The notes under the pieces: model-generated | Databases searched by the model: none | What the model saw: the letters and a program-made list of their open reading frames with translations, nothing else | What the model was told of the DNA's origin: nothing | Source: Dehalococcoidia bacterium | Lineage (GTDB): Bacteria > Chloroflexota > Dehalococcoidia > Plut-88900 | Length of the DNA stretch: 64,000 nucleotides | Assembly: GCA_965207225.1 (NCBI GenBank) | Contig: CBDBLV010000005.1 | Location: 1,600,001 to 1,664,000, forward strand | Direction: 5' to 3' | Translations under genes and position numbers: made by a program | Part shown: positions 27,926-36,125 of the stretch, in pieces | Numbering within the stretch: position 1 is the stretch's first letter | Layout of the letters: every line of letters starts with the position of its first letter

Positions 27926-29500
27926 ATGAACACGCCTGAATTTCTTCTTATCTCCAGCTCGATATGTCCCGACCGGGAAGCGATCATATTCGAGGGACAT
28001 CGGTGGACTTTCTCGGACTTGGCTGAACGGTCGAACCGCCTCGCCAATGCTCTGGCGGGGATGGGGGTGGGGCAGGGAGATAAGGTGGGAATGTTGCAGG
28101 TCAACTGCAACGAGTGCATCGAGGTCTATTTTGCCACGGCCAAGCTGGGGGCTACTTACGTGCCACTGAACTTCCGGGCGAAGGCCGACGAGCTGGCTTA
28201 CATGGTCAACTTCTCGGAGTCGTCGGTGATCTTTATCGGTGGCAGGTACGTGAAGCTGGTGAATTCGTTAAGGGACGAGATGCCGGCGTTGAAGCACGTG
28301 GTGTCGGTGGAGGGGCCGGTGGAAGGGATGCTGGAATATGAGTCAATAATCGCCGAGTCGGACCCCGAGGAGGTGTTCACGGATATAGACGACAACGACA
28401 CGTCCATCCTGATGTTCACCGCAGGGACCACGGGCCAGCCGAAGGGCGTGATGCTCACCCACGACAACCTGGCCACCTACGTGCTCAACAACGTAAGCCC
28501 CGCGGACCCAGAGATAGAGGAGAAGAATATCCTGACCGTGCCGCTGTACCACATCGCAGGGATGCAGGCGGTGCTGGCGGCGGTGTACGGGGGTCGGACG
28601 CTGGTGGTGCAGAGGCAGTTCGAGGCGAGCGACTGGATGAAGCTAGTGGAGACGGAGCGGGTGACCCGAGCGATGATGGTGCCAACGATGCTAAAGGGGC
28701 TGATGGAGCACGAAGAGTTTCACGACCGGGACCTGAGCAGCCTTCAGGTCATCACGTACGGGGCGGCCCCGATGCCCGTGGAAGTCATCACCAAGGCGAT
28801 CGAGGAGCTGCCCGGGACCCGGTTCATCAACGCATTCGGGCAGACGGAGTCGGCTTCCACGATTACGATGCTGACGCCGGAAGACCACGTGATAGACGGG
28901 ACACCTGCGGAGAGGGCGCTGAAGCTGAAGAGGCTGGGGTCGATTGGCCGGGCGCTGGGGGACACGGAGGTGAAGATCTTCGACGAGGATGGGAACGAGG
29001 CTCCTACTGACGAGGTCGGAGAGATCGTGGCCCGCGGGCCGAGGGTGATGAAGGGTTACTGGAAGGCGGACGAGGCGACGAACACGACCATCCGCAATGG
29101 CTGGTTGTACACGGGCGACATGGGATACATGGACGAGGCGGGGTACATCTTCCTTTCGGGTCGGGCGAAGGACATCATCATCCGGGCCGGAGAGAACATT
29201 TCGCCGGAGCAGGTGGAAGCGACGCTGCATTCGCACCCGGCCATCGACGAGGCTGCGGTTATCGGGGTGCCGGACCCGCAGTGGGGCGAGACGGTAAGGG
29301 CGATTGTGGCGTTGAAGGATGGTGCGCAGGCCTCTGAGGACGACATAATCGAGCACTGCCGGGGACAGCTGGCGAGCTTCAAGAAACCGGAGTCGGTTAT
29401 TTTTGTGGACTCCTTGCCGAGGAACCAGATGGGGAAGGTGCTGAAGAGGGTGCTGCGGGAAGAGTACGGGCAGGCGGACGTTCCGATGATGGGGGCTTAG
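27926..29500 (+). CDS. Acyl-CoA synthetase (AMP-forming, long-chain fatty-acid--CoA ligase family)
   Basis: FTAGTTGQPKG, FGQTES, TGDMG, GRAKDII, PRNQMGKVLK. Confidence 0.95.
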   Translation: MNTPEFLLISSSICPDREAIIFEGHRWTFSDLAERSNRLANALAGMGVGQGDKVGMLQVNCNECIEVYFATAKLGATYVPLNFRAKADELAYMVNFSESSVIFIGGRYVKLVNSLRDEMPALKHVVSVEGPVEGMLEYESIIAESDPEEVFTDIDDNDTSILMFTAGTTGQPKGVMLTHDNLATYVLNNVSPADPEIEEKNILTVPLYHIAGMQAVLAAVYGGRTLVVQRQFEASDWMKLVETERVTRAMMVPTMLKGLMEHEEFHDRDLSSLQVITYGAAPMPVEVITKAIEELPGTRFINAFGQTESASTITMLTPEDHVIDGTPAERALKLKRLGSIGRALGDTEVKIFDEDGNEAPTDEVGEIVARGPRVMKGYWKADEATNTTIRNGWLYTGDMGYMDEAGYIFLSGRAKDIIIRAGENISPEQVEATLHSHPAIDEAAVIGVPDPQWGETVRAIVALKDGAQASEDDIIEHCRGQLASFKKPESVIFVDSLPRNQMGKVLKRVLREEYGQADVPMMGA

Positions 29501-30174
29501 TCGTCTTCGGCTAGTTCTCGGGCGCGGGCTAGGTCGGCCTTAGCGTTTTCACCTTCGCCGAGCTTGTTGTACAGGCTTGCGCGGTCTTCGTAGGCTTCGG
29601 CGTAGTAGGCGTCCAGTTTGATGGCGTAGGAGAGGTCGTCCAGAGCCTCGGGGAGGCGGTCCTGGGCGGCGAACAGCAAACCCCTGTGATGGTATGCCTC
29701 GGGGAGGCGGCTGTCCTGGAGGATGGCGTTGTCCAGGGACTCGAGGGCCCGGGCAGCGAGACGGGGCCTGGAGCGGGGTGGGGCCGACTCGGACTGCTTG
29801 GCGTAGACGATCCCGACGTTGAGGAGGGCACGGGCGTCTCGGGGGTTGAGCTTTAGAGCCTGCTTGTACTGCTTCAGGGCGGCGGCAAGCTGTCCTTTTC
29901 TCAGGTAGCAGGTGCCGAGGTTCGAGAGCAGGGCGCTGTCTACGGGGCCGAATTTCCTGGCGGAGTTCAGGTCGCGGATGGCGGCGTTAAGGTTGCCGAG
30001 GCCGCCGTGGGCGAGGCCCCGGTAGAAATAGGCGTGGGCGTCCCTGGGGTTCTGAGCGAGGGCCTCGTCGAGGTGGGCCAGGGCGTCCTCCCAGCGGCCT
30101 TCCTTGACGGCCTTTTCGCCCTTTCGGGAGCCGACGACCCAGCCGAGTCCGCGTAGTTTGTCTAGGATTCCCAT
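29497..30174 (-). CDS. Tetratricopeptide-repeat protein
   Basis: Repeated TPR units (AYFYRG, NLGTCY, AYHHRG, AYEDRA). Confidence 0.88.
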   Translation of the reverse strand: MGILDKLRGLGWVVGSRKGEKAVKEGRWEDALAHLDEALAQNPRDAHAYFYRGLAHGGLGNLNAAIRDLNSARKFGPVDSALLSNLGTCYLRKGQLAAALKQYKQALKLNPRDARALLNVGIVYAKQSESAPPRSRPRLAARALESLDNAILQDSRLPEAYHHRGLLFAAQDRLPEALDDLSYAIKLDAYYAEAYEDRASLYNKLGEGENAKADLARARELAEDD

Positions 30175-30238
30175 AAGAGGTGTAGTTTAACTGAAGGTGA
30201 GGGAGGCCTGTCCCAGGGGAAGGCAGCGACGAGTGCCT

Positions 30239-31240
30239 CTATGATGGGGTGGTTACGTTGAAGATGCGGGGGGCGATGTGGGCGAGGAGGAGGTCGGTGG
30301 ACATGATCATTGAGCGGCCGGAGGGGTCGATGCGGGGGGAGACCTCGACGAAGTCCATGGCGCCGATGGGGTAGCTGGAGAGAATGCGGAGTATGGTGGC
30401 CATGATGTCGGGGGTGATGGCGTCGTTGACGACAGAGCCGGTGGCGGGAAAGAACCCGGTGTCTATGAAGTCGATGTCGACGGACATGTAGATGAAATCG
30501 CAGCCGGCGGAGGCGCGCTCGCCGGCCTGGCGGGCGACCTGCTCGGGGCCAATGCGGAGGACGTCGGCGGCGGTGAAGATGAGGCCGTTGTTGGAATCGA
30601 TAGCGCTGACGGGTTCCTCGTCGGACCAGCCCTGGATGCCGATCCAGACCATGTTGGAAGGGCTGACAAGGTCGAGCTCGGAGATGCGGCGGGCGTTGGT
30701 GCCGTGGTTGTACTTGCCCCAGACGGGGGTGTCGTCCCGGAAGTCGAGGTGGCCGTCGATGTGGATGTAGCCGATCCTGGGCTTTGGGGAAAGCTCGGTG
30801 ACGGCACGGGTGTAGCCCAGGCAGGAGGGGTAGCCGACGTAATGATCGCCGCCGAGGCAGACGGAGAAGCCTCCCCGCTTCACGACCTCTTCGACACCTC
30901 CGGCAATGCCTTCCGTGGACTTCATTACGTCGGAGGGGTAGACGTTGTAGTCGCCGACATCGACGAGGCGGTTGGTATCGGGGAGGGTGAGGCGGTCGCC
31001 GGAGGCGACATCGAGGATGCCGTCGGGGCCCGATTCGTGGATTCGCTGGGCCATGGCGAGGGAACCGTCCCTGATGCCTCGGGGGCCCATTCGAGTGCCG
31101 AAGCGGCTGGTGTGGGTGCTGTCGTGGGGGGCGCCGCCGATGACGACCATGCCGCGTTCGACCTTGTCCATGGCCACGTAGGGCGAGCCGAGGAAGGTGG
31201 AGGCGCCTATATCCACCAATTGGTGTGCTTGTTCACTCAC
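30239..31240 (-). CDS. Ureohydrolase (agmatinase/arginase family), intact dimetal site (A2)
   Basis: GGDH, HIDGHLD, NHGT, SVDID, VEVSP. Confidence 0.92.
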   Translation of the reverse strand: MSEQAHQLVDIGASTFLGSPYVAMDKVERGMVVIGGAPHDSTHTSRFGTRMGPRGIRDGSLAMAQRIHESGPDGILDVASGDRLTLPDTNRLVDVGDYNVYPSDVMKSTEGIAGGVEEVVKRGGFSVCLGGDHYVGYPSCLGYTRAVTELSPKPRIGYIHIDGHLDFRDDTPVWGKYNHGTNARRISELDLVSPSNMVWIGIQGWSDEEPVSAIDSNNGLIFTAADVLRIGPEQVARQAGERASAGCDFIYMSVDIDFIDTGFFPATGSVVNDAITPDIMATILRILSSYPIGAMDFVEVSPRIDPSGRSMIMSTDLLLAHIAPRIFNVTTPS

Positions 31241-32244
31241 TTGTAGCTCCCGGTGAGCCTGATCTTTTCGTCTATGAAGCGGATGAGCATTTCGACACCG
31301 CAGCGTTGCCCGGTCTTGACGAGGCTCATTGTTTCGATGAGGGGATTTAGGCCGCAGAGGCTGATGCCGCCGACCGGGCCACGGGCGAGGAGGGGCATGG
31401 CCTCGAAGAGCTCGACGTTGCGGAGGCCGTCGAATCGGGGGGTGCCGGTCATGGCGACGTAGCCGCCGTCCATTACGTCTATGTCGATGCCCACGAAGAT
31501 GCCGGAGCAGTTGTGGGAGGCGCTGTCAAGGGCTTCGGAGATTACGTCAGGGATGCCGCGGGTGTGGACCTGTTCGGCGGTGATGACCGTGGCCGGCAGC
31601 CTTTCGGCCATCTGCCACTGCTCCAGGGGTATGTAGCCATTGGCGCCGATAAAGACCATGTTTTCGGGGCGGACTGTTTCGGAGTCCAGGAGGCGTCTAG
31701 CGGTGGCGCCGCGCCAGACGTCTCCCCAGACCGGGTCCCGGGACCCGAGGTCAAGGCGGCTGGAAAACTGGATGTAGCCCACGGAGCCGCCGTCCGATTC
31801 ACGGAGGGCTTCCAGGTATCCCTGGACCAAGGGATAGGTGATGAAATGGTCGCCGCCGAGGGCCACGGGGGTAGCGCCCCGGAAGGTTATGTCTCGGGCG
31901 GCGTTGTGGAGGGTGGAGGACATGATATCCCAGTCGACGTGGGAGACGGGCAGGTCGCCGAGGTCCCGGACCAAGTTGCGGACGACATTGGTGTTGGTTG
32001 TGAGGCGGGAATTGATCTCAACCAGGGTAGCGTCTTGGGCGGTCATCATCTGGAAGTAGGTGGAGGTCTCCCGGTAAGCCTTGGGTGCGACCCGCGGGCC
32101 GATCTGGTCGGGGCTGGAAACGTCGTAAGGAACGCCAAAGATGCCGAACATGCTGGGTGTCAGTTCGTCGATGACGCCCGTGGGTGCCCCGATGAAGGTC
32201 ATCAGGCCGCTGGTCTTGGGAATGGGGCCTCTGCGGATGGGCAT
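31237..32244 (-). CDS. Ureohydrolase-fold protein with degenerate metal site (B2)
   Basis: GGDH and DID kept; QFSSRLD replaces DxHxD; CGLNP replaces VExxP. Confidence 0.88.
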   Translation of the reverse strand: MPIRRGPIPKTSGLMTFIGAPTGVIDELTPSMFGIFGVPYDVSSPDQIGPRVAPKAYRETSTYFQMMTAQDATLVEINSRLTTNTNVVRNLVRDLGDLPVSHVDWDIMSSTLHNAARDITFRGATPVALGGDHFITYPLVQGYLEALRESDGGSVGYIQFSSRLDLGSRDPVWGDVWRGATARRLLDSETVRPENMVFIGANGYIPLEQWQMAERLPATVITAEQVHTRGIPDVISEALDSASHNCSGIFVGIDIDVMDGGYVAMTGTPRFDGLRNVELFEAMPLLARGPVGGISLCGLNPLIETMSLVKTGQRCGVEMLIRFIDEKIRLTGSYK

Positions 32245-32245
32245 A

Positions 32246-32638
32246 TCAGATGCCTACTTCCCTGGAACCGCTAACACCGTTGCCGGTTGCAGAGTCGGGC
32301 TTTGGATCTCGTTTTCTTGCCCTGCCGCCTATTTTGACGACTTTGACAAAGGCAGATGTCAGAGAAACTACCAGGGCGTACAGCAAGTCTGTGAAGGACT
32401 TAAAGAGCATCATCAGAATAGTTATCAGAAAAGCCACGATAGTAACAGCGAGGGACGTAAACAAAAGGTAGTCACCCAAGGTGTAGGGCAGTGAACGATA
32501 AACATCCGTTGTACCCGGCACCAATTCAAGCCTGTCAATCCTCAAGGCGACAGTTATAGCCAAGATGACGTTTAGGACAACTATGAAACCGAGAACCAGA
32601 AATAAGATATTCCAGCTAGCGAACCGGGGTGGGGCCAA
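32246..32638 (-). CDS. Small membrane protein (2-3 TM)
   Basis: Hydrophobic segments; TTG start after AGAGGAG; lower GC than flanks. Confidence 0.65.
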   Translation of the reverse strand: MAPPRFASWNILFLVLGFIVVLNVILAITVALRIDRLELVPGTTDVYRSLPYTLGDYLLFTSLAVTIVAFLITILMMLFKSFTDLLYALVVSLTSAFVKVVKIGGRARKRDPKPDSATGNGVSGSREVGI

Positions 32639-32717
32639 ATGTGAACTCCTCTTCTGAATGTCCTTTATGTGCCTTTGGACTATCCGCTCTCGGGAGGCCA
32701 GGAATTGAAGCGTATTA

Positions 32718-32930
32718 TCAGGTCTTTCGCCAAATTAGATTGAAGAATTTGAGAGCCATAAGCAGGACGGTAAGGAGAAATGCCAGCATGGTGAGTACGG
32801 AGGCGAGCAGCAGGGAAATGCCCACGCTGTCGTGGAGCAGGACGTGGAGAATCCAGAGGATGATGCTGGCAACCAGGAACAGAACCTGGGCTGCGAGCAG
32901 CTTGAGCCAGGTGAAACCGCTTAACTTCAT
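32718..32930 (-). CDS. Small 2-TM membrane protein
   Basis: 70 aa, two hydrophobic helices, starts 18 nt after the upstream stop. Confidence 0.6.
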   Translation of the reverse strand: MKLSGFTWLKLLAAQVLFLVASIILWILHVLLHDSVGISLLLASVLTMLAFLLTVLLMALKFFNLIWRKT

Positions 32931-32948
32931 ATCGATTCACTGATGTGT

Positions 32949-33920
32949 TCAATAGACCTCAAAGATTTTGAGGGTGATGAGCTTTATGAGGGCCTCGGCG
33001 GCGAAACGGGGTGTACGGCTGCTGGGGTCGAGGGGTGGGGAGGTCTCGACGAGGTCCATGGAGCCGATGGGGAACTGGGACAGGGGCCCGAGGATCCGGA
33101 AGAGGGTCGAGGCGGTCATAGCTCCCATGGTGACGGAGCCGGTGCCATCGGAGAAGCCAGCGTCTATCACGTCGATGTCGAAGCTCATGTAGATGGTGTC
33201 GCAGCCTCGCATGGCCAGCTCTCCGGCGCGGTAGCCGACGGTCTCGGGACCCATTTCCTCAACGTCTTCGCTGGTGAAGATGGTGCCTCCGTAGCGCCGG
33301 ATAAGCTCGACCTGGTCGAGGTAGCAGGGGCCCTGGATGCCGATGAAGACCATGTTTGCGGGCTCCATGGCATCGAGTTCGGAGATGCGCCGGGCGTTGG
33401 TGCCGTTCATGTACTTGCCGTAGGGGCCGTAGGAATCGGCGAAGTCCAGGTGTCCGTCGATGTGGATGTAGCCGACGCGGGCGTTGGGTCTAAGTCGGCC
33501 CAGGGCCCGGGTGTAGCCAAGGCAGGATGGGTAGCCGACGTAGTGGTCGCCGCCCAGGCAGACGGAGAATCCGCCCCGCATCACCACCTCAGAAACACCG
33601 CCGGCGATACCCTCGGTGGCCTTCATCACGTCGGAGGGGTAGGAGTTGAAGTCTCCGACATCGACGAGGGGGAAATCGTTGGGGCGGATTAGGGTGTGGC
33701 CAGTCGTTACGTCTATGAGGCCCTCGGGGGCGTGGTCGAACTTCTGGGAGACGTTAAGAGAGTGGTGGCGGATGCCCCGAGGGCCGTAGCGTTCGCCGAA
33801 GCGGTCCCGGAGGCTGTGGGGTGCGCCGCTTATGACGGTCATGCCGGGCTGTACGTCGGAGAGGCCGACGAGGGGAGCGCCCATGAAAGTCGGGGCTGAG
33901 GTATGTGCGTAGTCCTGCAT
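32949..33920 (-). CDS. Ureohydrolase, intact dimetal site (A1)
   Basis: GGDH, HIDGHLD, MNGT, SFDID, VETSP. Confidence 0.92.
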   Translation of the reverse strand: MQDYAHTSAPTFMGAPLVGLSDVQPGMTVISGAPHSLRDRFGERYGPRGIRHHSLNVSQKFDHAPEGLIDVTTGHTLIRPNDFPLVDVGDFNSYPSDVMKATEGIAGGVSEVVMRGGFSVCLGGDHYVGYPSCLGYTRALGRLRPNARVGYIHIDGHLDFADSYGPYGKYMNGTNARRISELDAMEPANMVFIGIQGPCYLDQVELIRRYGGTIFTSEDVEEMGPETVGYRAGELAMRGCDTIYMSFDIDVIDAGFSDGTGSVTMGAMTASTLFRILGPLSQFPIGSMDLVETSPPLDPSSRTPRFAAEALIKLITLKIFEVY

Positions 33921-33933
33921 GGTGTTTGGGGCG

Positions 33934-34917
33934 CTAAGGGTAGGCGAGGGCCTCCCCGGCGAGGAAACGGATGACTATCCAGGCCCCGAGCCGTTGTCCT
34001 GTGGCGGAGACCATGTTGATGGTCGGGTTCATGCCGACGAGGTCAAGGGCCCCGGCCTTCTTGCGGCGAAGGATGTCTACAGCTTTCAGTAGCTCGACGT
34101 TGGTGAGGCCATCGAAGCAGGGGTCGGCGGTGGCGGCGACGATGCCGCCATCCATCACGTCAAAGTCAATGCTGACGTAGACGGAATCACAGCCGTCACC
34201 GGCGATGGCCATAGCCTCTTCGACCACGGGCTGGAGGCCCCGTTGCCGGATGTCGGCGAGGGTGAAGACGGAGAGGTCATTTTCTCGGGCGTAGTCCCAC
34301 TCCTCTCGGCGGACGTAGCCGTTGACGCCCACCCAGACCATGTTCTTCGGGGAAACGGCGCCCGAATCCAGGATGCGTCGGGCGGTGGCGCCGCGCCAGA
34401 CGTCTCCCCAAACGGGATCACTTGACCCGAGGTCGAGGCGGCTGGAAAGCTGGATATAGCCAACGCTGCCGCCCGAGCGTTCGCGCACGGCATCGGCGTA
34501 GCCGAGGCAGAGGGGGTAGGAGATGAAATGGTCGCCGCCGAGGACTACTGGGGTCGCACCCGTGGAGGCTACTTCGTAAAGAGAGCGTCGCAACTCCTTC
34601 TCGGTGCGGGGCCAGTCGAGGGGATAGGCGTTGAAATCGCCGAGGTCGAGGATCTGGGAGCGTCGGGCGCCGCTCATGCGGTCCCCGGTGGTGATTTCGA
34701 CTAGGTCGTTGCGGGAGAAGGCGCCGGCGTAGTAGGAAGCGCTGTCTCGAATGGCCCGGCCTCCGAAGCGCGAGCCGATGCGGGAGGTGCAGGATAGATC
34801 GTAGGAGACGCCGCAGATGGCAACCATGCCCTCTCTGAGGTGCTCAAGGTCCCCGCGGGGCAGGTCCATGAAGGTGGTAATGCCCGGCGTGGAAACGGGT
34901 GCGGATTGCGTAGTCAT
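33934..34917 (-). CDS. Ureohydrolase-fold protein with degenerate metal site (B1)
   Basis: GGDH, QLSSRLD, SIDFD, VGMNP; close paralog of 31237-32244. Confidence 0.88.
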   Translation of the reverse strand: MTTQSAPVSTPGITTFMDLPRGDLEHLREGMVAICGVSYDLSCTSRIGSRFGGRAIRDSASYYAGAFSRNDLVEITTGDRMSGARRSQILDLGDFNAYPLDWPRTEKELRRSLYEVASTGATPVVLGGDHFISYPLCLGYADAVRERSGGSVGYIQLSSRLDLGSSDPVWGDVWRGATARRILDSGAVSPKNMVWVGVNGYVRREEWDYARENDLSVFTLADIRQRGLQPVVEEAMAIAGDGCDSVYVSIDFDVMDGGIVAATADPCFDGLTNVELLKAVDILRRKKAGALDLVGMNPTINMVSATGQRLGAWIVIRFLAGEALAYP

Positions 34918-34931
34918 CAGGGTGTCGGGGG

Positions 34932-35912
34932 TCAGGCGCCGAAGACCCGGGGGGCGATTAGCTCGATGATGCACTGGGCGGCGAGGCGCTCGGAGCGGCC
35001 CCGGACGTCGAGGCCCGGGGCTACTTCCACCACGTCCAGGGCGGCGATCTCGGAGGAGGTGGACAGGGCGCGCATGAGAGCCAACAGGTCTCTGGGGACG
35101 ACGCCACCGACCACTATATCGGCGGTGCCGGAGGCGTAGCCTGAGTCTACGACACCGATGTCGAGGCTGACGTAAATGGCGTTGCAGCCGTCTCCGGCGA
35201 GGTCAAGGGCTCGTTGGGCAGCGGCCTCGGAGCCCTGTTCTTTCAGGGAGTCGGCGGTGATTACGGTGACTCCCTGGTCTCGGGCGTGGTCCCATTCGCG
35301 GTAGGGTATGTAACCCTGGACGCCGATGCACACGGTGTTCCTGGCCTGGACGTTGCCAGCGTCGAGGATGCGATGGAGGGACGCACCTGTCCAGTCGGGG
35401 CCGTGGGAGGAGTCGGGATTGGCGAGGGAAAGCTGGCCGGATAAACGGATGAGGCCGACATTTTGTCCCAGGCCTTCGGCCAGGCCTCCGACCAAGGGGA
35501 AGGTGATGAAGCGATCGCCGCCGAGGGCCACGGGGAAGCCGCTGGATTTCGAGATACGAGAGAAGGCATCGGTGCAGGCATCAATGACGCCCTGTGAGTC
35601 CAGGGGGGAAGACTGGAGGTCACCGAGGTCTACGAGGGCATTGGTACTGGGGGTGTTGAGAACTCGGCCGGAGATGACGTCGATGAGGGCGCCGGACTGG
35701 GAGGCCTGGAGGTCGTAGATGAAATCTGCGCTGGCTTCGCGGATGGACCTGGGGCCCTGGCGAACGCCCTGCCGGGAGGTGGATGCGCCGTCATAGGGGA
35801 TGCCGACGACGGCGACGGCACCTGGCTGGATGTCGTCGAAGTCGGCTCTCGGGGCACGGGCGAAGGAGTTTATGCCGGCGAACGAGGGTAAGAGGTCTCG
35901 CTGGTAGGGCAC
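34932..35912 (-). CDS. Ureohydrolase-fold protein with strongly degenerate metal site (C)
   Basis: GIPYD, GVRQGP, DLGD, GGDR, RLSGQLSL, SLDIG, VEVAP; GTG start after AAGGAGG. Confidence 0.88.
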   Translation of the reverse strand: MPYQRDLLPSFAGINSFARAPRADFDDIQPGAVAVVGIPYDGASTSRQGVRQGPRSIREASADFIYDLQASQSGALIDVISGRVLNTPSTNALVDLGDLQSSPLDSQGVIDACTDAFSRISKSSGFPVALGGDRFITFPLVGGLAEGLGQNVGLIRLSGQLSLANPDSSHGPDWTGASLHRILDAGNVQARNTVCIGVQGYIPYREWDHARDQGVTVITADSLKEQGSEAAAQRALDLAGDGCNAIYVSLDIGVVDSGYASGTADIVVGGVVPRDLLALMRALSTSSEIAALDVVEVAPGLDVRGRSERLAAQCIIELIAPRVFGA

Positions 35913-35937
35913 GGGGGCCTCCTTTCAGGGGGATTGG

Positions 35938-35946
35938 ATTATAGCA
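35938..35946 (-). promoter_or_regulatory. Extended -10 promoter of the ureohydrolase operon
   Basis: TGCTATAAT about 25 nt upstream of the GTG start. Confidence 0.6.
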
Positions 35947-35959
35947 TGGGGGTGGGAAA

Positions 35960-36020
35960 GGAACCCTCACCCCCTTTATCCCCCTCTACCTCTAGTTCAA
36001 TACTGGGAAAAAGGGAGGGG
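35960..36020 (-). repeat. Internally deleted element Z
   Basis: GGAACCCTCACCCCCTTTATCCCCCTCT joined almost directly to CCTCTAGTTCAATACTGGG. Confidence 0.75.
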
Positions 36021-36125
36021 GAGAGGTTGTTCGTTGACTGGGGTAGGGGGTTTGCCTACACTACGATAGAATCTTGAAACAGTTTCAACAAAACGCAAGG
36101 GTCCTGGGTTAGAGAAAGAGCAGAT

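Noticed and set aside
35913-36125. Guanidine riboswitch upstream of the ureohydrolases, or T-box upstream of alaS
   Set aside because: The leader after TGCTATAAT is too short, and no ykkC, ACGR-hairpin or T-box consensus is visible.
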